A stretch of 64,000 nt of DNA, from assembly GCA_024137785.1 (NCBI GenBank), contig JAHRHZ010000043.1:4341302-4405301 (forward strand), written 5' to 3'. Position numbers and translations under genes: made by a program. The stretch comes from Ginglymostoma cirratum (lineage: Eukaryota). This document shows, in pieces, positions 50,403 through 63,070 of the stretch. Numbering within the stretch: the first letter of the stretch is position 1; each line of letters begins with the position of its first letter. The notes under the pieces were generated by a model. That model saw only the letters and a list, made by a program, of their open reading frames with translations, did not search any database and was not told the origin of the DNA.

Positions 50403-50909
50403 GCCCCATCTTGGCTAACTATTATTGCATCAAGTCTGACCAATTTCTCTGATACATTTTGTAGCAACACAAAGTAGGCTGCTAAATAAAATCTCAGACT
50501 TAAGAGATATCAAGGCGACGACAAAAAAAACTCTCAATTGCAATCTAATCAGGTATTGATGCTGGGACTGGGGATAAAACTACAGAAGTCACCTGTCGAA
50601 GGGAACAAAAATATTCTGTACAAAAAGTGCAAAAAACGTAGTTGTTACACCTTTTTCGTAAGACATGGAAGATGATCCTTGTGTCTTTTGAAGAAAACTG
50701 TAAAGGGACCAATCCATGTTAAGACAAATGCATCACGTTCAACCCCATTAAAAACCGTTTAACGAGAAGATGATGGGAGGGCTTTGCAATGATGCTGAGG
50801 TACCTGAGTTCTATTTAGACCCGAGACTTTGCACATATATAAAAAAAATGAAATTAGTTTTCACCTTTTACCTTCGCATCTGATGTTCCATCTTTTGTGT
50901 GTACGGTTG

Positions 50910-51150
50910 CGAGCGTGTGAGAGCGTGTTTGAATGAGCGTGTGTGTCTAAGTGAGTGCGTGTTTGAATGAACGTGTGAGACAGTGTGTGTTTGAATGAGT
51001 GTGAGTGGGTGTGAGTCTGAGTGAATGTGTGACAGCTTGTGTAGGTGTGTTTGAATGCATGTGTGAGTCTGGGTGTGTGTGTGAATGAGTGTGTGTGAGT
51101 GAGTGTGTGTTTGAATAAGTGTGTTTAAATGTGTCTTTGAGTCTGTGTGT
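50910..51150. repeat. degenerate GT-rich minisatellite with gtgtttgaatg core
   Basis: gtgtttgaat recurs five times at about 30-60 nt spacing. Confidence 0.75.
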
Positions 51151-53384
51151 GGTGAGGAAGGGGAATTCACAGACAAGTTTAATTTGTAACTATCAACAAC
51201 TCGCCAAAGGAAGGGAGAGAGCTTTCTGCTTTTTATAAGTATACCCTGCGATTAAAGCTGCATGCACTGATAACGTTAAATTATTCACAGAACGTTGCAT
51301 GAAAGATTATTCGAAAATTAATGTCACTTTAAAATGGATAATCATCAGTAAAATTGTGGGACATTCTTCTGTACTGTTTCAACCATCACATTCCATACAG
51401 TAACAACCAAATATTCTACCCCCCCCCACCCCAAATAAAAACACAAAAACACTGAAACTGGGATTTACTCTACGTTAATTTCCATTGCAATTCGGTACCT
51501 ACGGATAATTCTTGCATACAATTCCTGGGCTTCTGCAGGACCTTTAAAGGTGACAGATGCCTCTAACAAGTTTCCTCTCTGTGTGATTTCATTTTGAACC
51601 ATTCCCCTCTCTGAGCACGGATTTCTGCACATCACCGAGTTCGGTGTTTGAATCACCGGTGCCTGTTTGATTCGGATTTTGGATCCGTCGGGAGTAGGGG
51701 GTGATACTGCAATGAAGCAAGGCGAGCACCTTTGCCCAGATTCCCTGACTAGCGCCAAACCTTTACACTTCTCCCAATTTGGGCACCGCATTGAATTTTA
51801 TTTGGACACCTGCCGGGCGCACATAGTGTAGGACAGGTAGAAAAGAGGATTCGCTTAAATATCAGTGCAATAGAAGCAGCTAAAGGAATTCATTGTCGAG
51901 CGAACAGAACAATAGTCATCGTAAGGGCTCAAGATAATTTACCGACATGCAGATTGAATTAAACGCGCGTATGTTGCATATGCCTCATATGTTCGGCTTT
52001 ATAAGGTATTACAGTAAATACATAATATAACAAGAACGATTGATCGTTAGCCTAAAGATAGCAGTCTAACCGTGGTAATAGACAGGTCTCTGCATCATTG
52101 AAGTTTACACACAAAGACAAAACAAAATACGTGATTTTTTAAAACTGCTGTATAGAGACGGGTCTCTGCCACACTCTATAGTAAGATATCGAATATTATG
52201 TATGTTTTTAAAAGGATAATCGCTTGTACATGCCAAACTAAACTTTGCTCTTTCATGCTACTTAAAATGAGCAAAGAAATCTATAACCATTTCGGCTCAA
52301 CCTTTCCCAAAATCGGCAAAAAGAAACGAGTTGTAAGGTCTCTGATTAACTAAAATGCATTTTGATGCGTCTAGATGTGAGAAAGGATGAACACGGGTCA
52401 GAGCCGACTGAGAATACAATAATTCTCAATAATAGCATCGAGGTCATCGCGGGAGAAATCGATCAGTTCACAATTACCGACAACGCCAAATTTTGCACCG
52501 TTTGAGAATTTATTGAATTCTTTCCCTTTAGCAAACTCCCTTGTGGCGTTAGGCTCATAGTCTAAAACAAGCGTTTCCTGAACAGCGAACGCTGCAACGG
52601 GGATTCTGGAGTTCTTACGACAGCTCCCTATTCTGCAGCATTGTCACCGAGCGTTACACAAGCACACACAGACACACACACACACACATATATGCAAAAC
52701 TGTAGCATACCTTTTTTTAAAAAAAATACATGTTAGACACCATGACGTTTATCCGTTGTGGGCAGACTTAATGAGCGAGGTAAGAAACTAGTAACAAGCC
52801 CAGTTTAAAAAAGCATGAAGGCTCACAACTGTCACAAGACTGACAGAGCTTAATGTTTCCAACACTATGGTGCAACAGTCAAAATGCAGCAGTTGGTATG
52901 CCTTCTTAATTAGTTCACTATTTCATGCTTATGTATCAAGACTCCATCCAAGTCATTGCAATTCCTTACCTTCTGCTGTCGAGAGTACGGAAGGAACCCA
53001 TTGTAAGGGCAAGCTTGCGTAGAATAACCTTTTTGGTTGGGAGCTAAATCTTGCAAGACGGAACGTGACGGCAGTGATGGAGTTCAATTTAATCAGGCAC
53101 CGGCCAACCGCAGTGTAACTTTAACAGGACCTAACACAGAGTTCCTCTCTCTCACACACACAAACACACAGACACGCACACATTATCTCCAAATTTCCCT
53201 GGATAACACACTCATTTCATTGACAGTTGGAAAATGTGACGTTCTCCCTCCCCGATTATCTGAACGTACCTCTGTAAAACAACCCTGCCAATCTTGATAT
53301 GCCTTTTCAAATCTCATCCAACCCATAACTCCCCCACTCCTCGCCAGCCCCCACTCCACCCTCCTTCCTCACAGGCCCTGATTG

Positions 53385-53422
53385 TGTATAAATATATATA
53401 TTATATATATATGTATATATAT
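53385..53422. repeat. (AT)n tract
   Basis: atatatatattatatatatatgtatatatata. Confidence 0.8.
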
Positions 53423-56400
53423 AAAGACAGCGCTAATTCAGAATATTTTAATTTCACACGCTACTCCCAGGAGAATGAGGGGAATTTTTTGTCCTTTTTT
53501 CCCCCCTTCTCTCTCTTCTTAACAAGTAAGTGACCGCAAAAAATCGAAGGCAATAAAGGAAGTCAAAATCAAGTTCAACAGCAGAGAGAAAGATATTATC
53601 ATGATAATGCGTCTTTCAGAATAGAATCTGACCAGACAACGGGTTCTGGTGTCACGCTAGCCCAGAGCAAGGTCCTCAGTGAAATTTTCCCATGAACCAG
53701 TAAATTATTAAGACAACTGGGTTTGTCAACGACAGAAGCATTTGGGCCGCTGCAAATTTCTGTAAGACCTGGGCTAGAATTCTGTGCTGAAACGTATATA
53801 TAAATATATATATTTAAAATGTCCTTCCAGGATACTGTCTGCAGAAATTGTCAGGTTCAAAGGCAGGGAGGTAGGCAATTTTCTAGCAATTTTCAAAATA
53901 TATATATATTTTTTAAATAAACTTTTTTTCTTCGCATCATTTAGCACCCGGTTGCAAAGCTTTGAAATGGGCATTCGTAATGTGATTAGCAGTAGCTGTA
54001 AAGTAAGTTGCATTCTCTCCCTCTGTCTCTCCAGATTTTTCATTTTAAAATTAAATGCGACTTTTAAAAGAAAACACTAGTGTTACTTACATGCTCTTGA
54101 CCAATGAAATCCTCTCCATTAGTCCTTCGTCCATTGCGCAGAGATTGCGTGAATTTTGCATTTAAGAATTTTTTAAAAAAAATTTGGAAATCCTTCACTG
54201 CCTTCCGGTGATGATCTTATAGTTTTGCTGTTTTTAGTTCTTCTTGATTCCCCTAACGCGTTAGGTTTTGCTCGAGCGTCAGTGAAATTGTAAGGGGGTA
54301 AAATAAAATCAACTAGACGAAGGCTGCAGTTCTTCCCATCGACTTCACTCCGCACCCCCCACCCCCCCAGACTCCGCGTTCTGATTCTGTACTAATTTTC
54401 TCACATAACTTGTGCCGGGTGTCTGGGAGTCCGCGCTGGAATTCAAACTGTCCACAGCCTTATGAGGACGTGTCCAGAAAATCAAACAGCTCTGCCTCAC
54501 AATTCATTGTCCAGCTGAGTTGATGCCCATTGTTCAATCTCTGTGTGATCTATTCTTTTACACCCCCCCCACCCTTTCCCCATCCACCTCCATTCCCCCC
54601 CCCACCTTCACATCTCGCACTACACCACCTCCCCCCCTCCACTCCCACACACACCCTGTCTCACTTCGCCCGAAAGAGAGAGAAAAATATATATGGGCCA
54701 ACATGTCTTCCCAAAGCAGGAGAGGGCCGGCTCTGAAAAGACACGGCGCGCTAAACGCTCCCTCTCCAACACTTGAGACTCAATGTGACTGTTCGCCGCT
54801 TCAGTCTTCTCTGCAAAATCTGCGTTAATCCCAACTTTTGGGCGGTTAATTAATGAAGCAATGAATAGATGCTTGAACATTTGAAGACACCTCATCTCTC
54901 TCTCTCTCTTTCTGTGTTTCTATTACCTCCCCTCTCTCTATCTCTCTCTCGGCCACCGTCCAGTGCACCTTTCCCTGTACTGGATTCACCTGACACCTCC
55001 CGGCCTCGAGATGGCAAACACGGTGGTGCCAAGTTGATTTTTGTTTTTTCAAATAAAAATCGCGTACACCCCACATTCTGAGCAGGGAAATCGTCGCTCC
55101 AGGTCACAGCTGGTGTAACTCCCTCTCACCACCAAAACGATGCAGCCGTTTTGTGTGTTTCCTACCGACATGCATTTAATTTTGCCTTTCTCTCTCTCCC
55201 TCCCTCTCTCTCCTGTTCTAAAGGGCATCATTTTGGATTGCTACTGCTTTCAGAGCAGGCAGTCTCCACAAAACTGGGCGCTAGAACGCCGCTGGGATAA
55301 GCCTGGCATATTCTTGCTTCTAACACGATGAAGAGGGAGCCCAGCTCTGGGTCACGTTGTCCAACGTGAGGTTAAATAGATACATCTCCCTTATTTTCTA
55401 TGCACCTTAGACTTCCATCCTGTTCCCTTTTTTTAAAAAAAGACTGCGTTTTCACGAGCATTGCGCCGTTCTCAGTGAATGAAATGCGGTTGTCTCTTTC
55501 CCCCTTTCAGTCTTGCAAGACATTCTGATAAAATTATGATCAAGCCCATTGCCGGAATGGGAGGGAGTCTTTCCAAAAAAAAAATTCGCCACGTTTATGA
55601 CTACGTGTTTGCGTCAGTGAACGTAGTGGTCTAAACGGATTCACAATATATTATCCGGTTCTCATTAATTTTTTTTGCATATTCTGCATTAATGTTTAAT
55701 TCAGAACTACACAGGGACTCCACGACAGTGCTTCAGATAGGATGGAGAGATGTGAAGAGGCGAGTCTTAAATTCTCAGAACGCGGTGCCAACGCACCCAG
55801 ACGCTAAATTAAAATATCGGTCATAGTTTATCAGCGGAATTTACTTGTTGTGAAAATGTCACCTCTTTCATTTTTCGGTGAACTGCCTTTCTCCTTTGTT
55901 CCTGTTGAATGAATTCTAGCGTCGTAAATCCGTAAATCTTCTCGGAAAATGCTTCGTTTCGGAAAATAAAAGCATAATTTTGCATGCGATGTTGGTGTGA
56001 GGACGAATTTAAAAAAAAACTCAAAAGTATTTCAAACAGTATTGGTACTACAGCTTCCTTGATGTAAAGCGAGCACTTCTTTAACCTGTGCAGCAGATGT
56101 TTAAGATTGGAGAAAGGGGGCAGGTAGTAGTGTAAATTAAACAGGACGTTAATTATGCTTAATCTGTGGACGGAGTAACGCAGACAATCCCCCTCACCCC
56201 CTCCACGATAGCAGGGATTTCTAAACAGGGTTTTTATGTTGAAATTATTTCCTGATACTTTCACGCGAGCCGAATAATGTCGAAAAAGGAGTGGATTTTC
56301 GCTATAGTTTTATAGCTTTTATTTTTGCCGTCCTTTTGCTACGATTCCTGGGCTGGCTACAACTGTTTGGGGCACAAGCTATTTTTAAACCGGCTCGAAT

Positions 56401-59400
56401 GATCTGCACACCAATATGCAGCAAAACGTTCAAATAGAGAAAAAGTAAAGTGACCTTGAAATGATAGCTGTTTTGGGGTAGGTGGGAGTGCGGACTTTTT
56501 ATTTCTATAATAAGAGCAGACCTGACACAGTTCCCTGGATCGCATTTCAGACTGCAATCTTTAATCAAAACCACCACTTAACTGCAAACGGTGTAATTTA
56601 ATAAATAAAATTTCTGTAAAATAATTGAGACATTGAGCGCTTGCTTTTTGGCGGTTATTTATGATCTGGTATTATAATGCATTTAAACCAGCTTTCGGCA
56701 GGAAGCAGGAACGCGTGGTTAATGTACAACAATGCACATATTTAGAGGTTATAAACTATCTGAAATATCTGCACATTTCTATGAGATCTCATCACTAAAA
56801 TACAACTTATCCGCGAATAAAATTTCACATGAAAATAAAGAACGCAGTAGCAGACATTTTGCACTACTTTTGCAAATATCGACAGCGCTAAATAAAAAGC
56901 AGAAATTTATTGTAAATGTAAAATTGTTGCTCGGAAGGTTTCATATTTTCCCGTTCTAGCTCCAACCACCAAATTTCCGAACGTATCCCTCTCTCACCCT
57001 GAGAGAAGCAGGATAAATATCGGCGAATTTTATATGTGCGATATATTTCAGAACAGACCCTTTTCATATGATAATTTGCATAGTGCACAGAACACAAAAG
57101 AACATTTTTGAGGTGGCAATTTTCTAAGCAAGAAGGGAGCGGGTGACAGAAGGGGTGGCTGGGTGGGTTAATAACCAGAATGAGGTGATTTTAATGTTAA
57201 AAACACGTTTCTCTTTCGTTCGCTTTAGAAAAAACCTTTTCGGTTCTAACATTCTGCTTGAAGAGCGCAGTCACATTGAGAGGTTTACTTAAAGCCACTG
57301 TTCGACGTAGCAATATTAACTGGACAAGTGTAGTTTATAATATCGCGATTGCCCATGTTAAGCCAGTCTGGAACACAGTTTATTTCCAGAATGTGGTTAC
57401 AGATACCTTCTGATAAAATGTCCTTCCTCCCAAACTCACGAGGACCGGAGCACAGACGAATTATTTAAACATCAGTTGTACCCTTTATCCACCCAAAGCT
57501 TCTCCTGTGATTTATTTATGGAGCCTGTCCCAGGATGCAACAATTTTAATCAGATATGTCGGCTTTTTATTAACAAAAAAAAATGGATGATATAAGTTCG
57601 TCGAAAACTTTCTTGCTTCTTAGCTGTCTTCCTTAACAGTAAAATGTAAATATTATCCCGCAGGTTGTGTTTAGTTGGATCTGGTTAGTCCGTTCTCCTG
57701 TTTTAATCTCGGATCTATGCCGGTCACAGCCACTGTTGCATATTTCCAAATGTCAATTACAGTTGACTTAAAAATGCAAAGTTGATTTTTTTCAGGCAGT
57801 TTATTTTACTTAGTAAACAATCCTATTTAAAAATGAGAAGTGATTCCTAAACTGTACCCATCATGGAACACGCGATCTAATGCAGAATGTTCTGTTGTTT
57901 AGATATTCATAATCTGTACGTCAAGGGTTGAGTTTAAATCGAGTGTTGAATTTAAATCAGTACTTAAAGATATGCATTAGTTTTCTGCTTTTTATTTTGC
58001 TTGAAATAAGTTGCTAAAAATATTGGACCGGAGCATCTACAAAGTGCTGCAGCCAACATATTCGTTGTGGTTGGTTTGAAAGATTAGATCCTGAGTCCTG
58101 TAACACATTTTTCATATTCTGTGACTGTACAGCGCTGTTCGTTGACCCTCCCATACCCCCCCAACCCCCCCCTACCCCATTACTAAACTTGCCTTGTCTC
58201 TTGTTTAATGTCCCGGTGTTAAATGGTTGTAAAAAGAGGAGGTCAAATCAATTGGTCCGAGAGGCCCCCGGGGGTGGGGGATGAGAGGGTGGGGGTGTGT
58301 GGTGCTCTGGGTGGATAGCGTGCTGCAATGTACAATTGCCTGGCCAGTCCCTGGGGGGCAAGAGTGTCTGGTCATGAGGCACCACTTAACTTTTAGATAT
58401 TGTAGCGATTCCCTAACCAAGCTCATCTCCTGCTCACCCTTAAATAGAACGAAGAAATTTTCGGTTTCACCTACGTAGAGAGGCACCTTGTATTAATACA
58501 ATACCTTCACATGCAGTAGATCATCTTAAGCTCAGGCCTTAACGTAGAGTTCAGATATATTTTATACATTAAATTTGCGACGTATTGTATGGTCTATACT
58601 GGTAAGATGTTCGATAATGCCCCTATGTAAGATGGAGACAATGTAGTCTGTGTTTTAAAATTATAATTGATGCATGCATTTGATATCATTTCCCTACAAA
58701 ACTATTTCAATGATCACATTGTATATTTCAATTCAGAACAAGCTCTCGGCGAATAGATTTGGAAAATGTTATTGCGGGGGATATATAATTTCCACATGGC
58801 GATGCCAGCTCTCTTTACTGTCTGTGCCCCTTCCCTCTATCGGCTCCCTTCTGAGGCTCCGATCTTTAGAGCAAACTGGAGACAATTGCGATAGAGCCTA
58901 GTGATCGAAACCTCGGGCTGAGGAGCATTCTTCGCAAGTGGACTGCGTGAAGTATATGTTGCCCTCAGTTGAGGTGAGGGTCTCTCTCTCTCACTGACTA
59001 AAAATGATGTTAACCACGCACCTCCCCCCAAATAAAAATAGCTGAATCAAGATTGCTGACTGTAGAAGCAAAACTAAAACACCCAGCACAGTTTTGTATT
59101 TAGACACGAACAGTTGCAAAGCAAAACATTTTCAGGTATTTTATAGTTTAATTTTACTCCCAACATCGAATAAAATCCAACCACTTTCCTATCTGCAAAA
59201 CCAGGTGTTTAATTTAATATATTTCTCAGGAAAAAATGCTAAAGGTAGTGCGTTCATTTGAAGCTCAGCCAAATTCGTTTTTACTTAAGAAAATGCAATT
59301 GGAATATTTAAGAAGCGCTGTTAATAACGAGTTTGTAACTTTTTTTGGAGAAACATATCATAGTTCTACACCGAAAAACAACCCATGATAAATACATTTC

Positions 59401-61829
59401 AATATTCGCTGCCCTTCTTTCTAATCCCAGTGCAACACCTTTTATCAGTTCTAACAAGGCACATTATAAATGTGTCATTCTGTATTCAGTCAATGTTTCC
59501 AGTAGTTAAATAAGAAAGCTTTTAGTGTTTAAATATTGACATTAGCGCTGCACTGTCACAACAGAAAATTCTTAAGAAAGATTCGTGATTGAAATAACTA
59601 TTTAATCGAATTACAACCATCGATTAAAATGCACACACGTACAGAACAAAAATAGAGAGCGCAGCCATGTACTCATGTCCACTATGAGGAGTCCTAAAAT
59701 CGAACTGATGCCCTATTACAAAGCTTATCGATGACATATTTGATTCACAAATCGACCCGTTCTCATTACTGGATGCTATCGGCCCTTTATTAAGAGTTAC
59801 TTCAGTAGAATTTACTGTTCCTGATGCAATTGTATATTGTTGGAACTGAAAGTACTGCACAGGGGGAATGCAAGGTTTGCGTTTCTAACTTTACTGGGAG
59901 TACACAGCACCCTTTCATCCCGCACTCCTGGTTCCGTCGCAAGAAGATACTGTTTCTGAAGCATTTTCGAACACAATTTTTGTTTAAAAAATGCATCTCA
60001 TTCTAACAAATTTTAGAGCGGATAATGGCCAAAGCCAAAGAACAATCTTGTCTTTCTCTCTATAGAAAGCAACACATTGTATTCCTATCCTGGAATTTTA
60101 AAATGAGCAGATTAAGGTTTTTGGACTGTTTTAAACAAAACGGAGTGATGATTTGGTACCGACCATTTTGATAAAGGTGATTTGAGGCTTTAAGAAAACT
60201 TATATACTTTGAGTTTAATAATTCATTTGTTTGAGTTAATGTAACCTTTTTATATTTCACTTATCTGATATCTTAAACTTTATTATTTTCGAAATTAATT
60301 TTAAAATTACGTTTCATTTGTTTGAAAGGGAAGTGTGGGAAAAATCTTTCGATGTAAAAGAGTGACATAGAAAATAATTACCTTGTATTCAAAGGCAGCG
60401 ATTAAGACAAAAAGTGCTATTGGAATTTGCAGTTATGGACAAGCAAATGGGAAAAGACACGGGGAAGGCAAAACTGGGATCTGAATCGAAGAAGCGGGAG
60501 TTTAAGATAGGAATAATGATTTTTTTTCCCTTTCTGGAGTTGCATTCTGTTTCGCAGTAATGGGAATGCAATTCCCTTAAATCACGAGAAATACATTTTT
60601 GTTAGAAAATTTGGCCTAAATAAAATCCAAAAATAAAGGATACAGGCGCACTTCAGCCGCTTCATCTAACCAAAGTCAATGAGCTCAGAGTAACTAAAAT
60701 TGGCATCACAATAATAAACACAAGTAACGTCCATTTCGAGAAATGCTTTATCAACGGCTTCAGTTTCTAATTCAGTGTATTTTGTGAGCTGCTGATTTTT
60801 AAACGGATAAAATTTCACAACATAACAAGAAAAAAAACAAAGAACTAGACAAAGGAATATTTTTACCCGTCTCCATTAACACTCTGTTCCAAAAATGAGG
60901 AGTTAAAATGATCACTATTTTCAAAAAGAATCAGATTAAAAGTTTATAGGCAGAGAATTCCCCTGGAATTTGGGATTTATCTTTAATGCAGAAAAGGGTA
61001 CATAATTATGCGTCAATTTCTAAAACTTGCTGGACAAGAACAAATCTAAGATGAAACAGGAAATGTTTTATTCCAGTTAGGAACGCTCTGACTGTACATT
61101 TTTGTATTCAATGTGTCACTCGTTTAGTCGTGGAGGGGCGGAGAGGCAGCGAAGTTGAAGAACAGCGACACCTGTCGATTACAGCCCAATCTCTGCTGGC
61201 CAGTCGTTTGTCGAGGTTCTTCATTAGATTTGGACCTTTTCCAAGGTTTTGGGTACATAGTTATTCATGAAGCCAGTCCCCAAGGAATCAAGGTTAGACT
61301 TGAAATTTGCTGTTGCCCTTAGTTTAACAACGACAATTTGTATCTGCATAGTGCTTTGATCATAGGAATACTCCCAAGGTACAGAAAGGTCAATTAGGAC
61401 TGAGCAATAAATGTTGGTCTAGCCAGTGACGCCCATATCTCATAAAGGCTACAACAAGCAAAGAAAGCATGGACACAGAGCTAAGGAACGAGCGCTAATT
61501 AGAGCACCAAATAGTATGATCAAAATTTTAAGGGCTTGAACATCTGAACAGAGCGCAGAGGAAAAGGGAGGGGATGCATTATGAAATAAATTCCAAAGCT
61601 TAGGGCATAGCTGTTACTTCAGGAGCACAGGGGGTGGTATGAAACAGGCCACAGCTGCAGGAACACAGCTGGAGACCTGGGAGGGTTATTGGGATGGGCA
61701 AGGTTACCAGCATAGAGCAGTATTGCAAAGATCTAAAGTGCTGGACTGGTCTTGGGATCCAAAGCAAAGTGGCAAGTTGTACTTAAACTGGTTCAGAGGT
61801 AGGTAGGAAAGACTGTTATGAGTAAAACC

Positions 61830-61990
61830 TGAAAGAATAGTAGATGCTGAAAATCAGAAGCAAAATAGAAATTGCTGGAAAGGCTCAGCAGAGCTGGCAG
61901 CATCTGTGAACAGAAATCAGAGTTAGCATTTTGGATCCAGTGACCCTTCCTCAGGTCTGAGGAAATGTCACTGGAACCGAAAAGTTAACA
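61830..61990. mobile_element. palindromic Penelope-derived element (partial)
   Basis: ccagtgacccttcctcagg / tctgaggaaatgtcactgg inverted junction. Confidence 0.75.
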
Positions 61991-62099
61991 CTGTTAATGA
62001 GTGTTTTTGTGCCTGGCAGGCTGTTTCCTGAAGTGAGATTCTTCAGTACATAGCACCAGCTCCTTACTTTTTGTGGTTAATATTAATGGGTTGGACCTG

Positions 62100-62390
62100 A
62101 ATGTAGGGTGCATGATTAATAAACTTGAAGATGAAATTTGACTAAGATGACACAAAACTTGACCCTGTAGCTGATAATAAAGAAGAAAGATGTAGACTAC
62201 CTAAAAGTATCAATGGACTAGTCAGGTGGGCAGGAAAATGGTAAATGGAGATCAGTTTAAAGAATTGTGAGATCATGCAATTGGAATGAAAAATTCCAGT
62301 GCACAAACAAACTGGGGAAGCTGAGATTGTTTTTGTTACAGCTGAGGAGACCCTGGGAGATTTGATAGAGGTGTTTAAAATAATGAAGGT
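62100..62390 (+). mobile_element. CR1 RT fragment
   Basis: gatgacacaaaactt (DDTKL) and L...INGLVRWAGKW*MEI motif. Confidence 0.65.
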
Positions 62391-62401
62391 TTTTTTAAAA
62401 A

Positions 62402-63070
62402 AAGCCTTGCATTTATATGGTATTTCTTTATGACCAGTTAATGTCTCAATGTGCTTCACACCCAATGGGAGTACTTTTTGAAGTGTAGCCACTGCAGAGA
62501 ACACAGCAGCCAATTTATACGCAACAAGCTCCCGTGAATAGCAATGTCTTAATGACCAGATAATCTGCTTTTGCAATGTTGATTAGGTAATAAATATTGG
62601 CCAGGCCTCTGGAAGGAACTCCTCTGCTCTGCTTCAAAGTAGCACCATTTCTAGGTTTATCTGAGAGAGCAGACAGGACCCCAGTTAAATGTCTCATTCA
62701 GATAGAAGTAAGTAATGAAAGGGTAAACATCTAGACAGTACCAATTTATGGAGTTCAGCATTAAGCAAATGATGAACTGCCATGCTGAGATGAAATGCTG
62801 AACCAGGGACTCATGTAACTTTTCAGATGTAAATTATATCATGTTAATATTTTGAAAAATAAGAGAAATTCTACCTTCTGTCTTTGCCACTAGTTATTGC
62901 TCAATCTACACTTAACAACAGTTTATTTGGTTAACACTACATTGCTGTATATGGGAACTTATTGTGCCACATTTCCTACATTGCAACAGTGACCACTCTT
63001 CATTGGTTTTACTGAACTTTAGGACAGCCTAAGGAAGCAAGAGGCATCGCATAAATACAACCTCTTTCAT
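62402..63070. mobile_element. two DeuSINE-like remnants in opposite orientation
   Basis: Minus copy at 62402-62700 (agtactttttgaagtgtagccactg...gcagccaatttatacgcaacaagctccc); plus copy at 62770-63070 (attgctgtatatgggaacttattgtgc). Confidence 0.65.
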
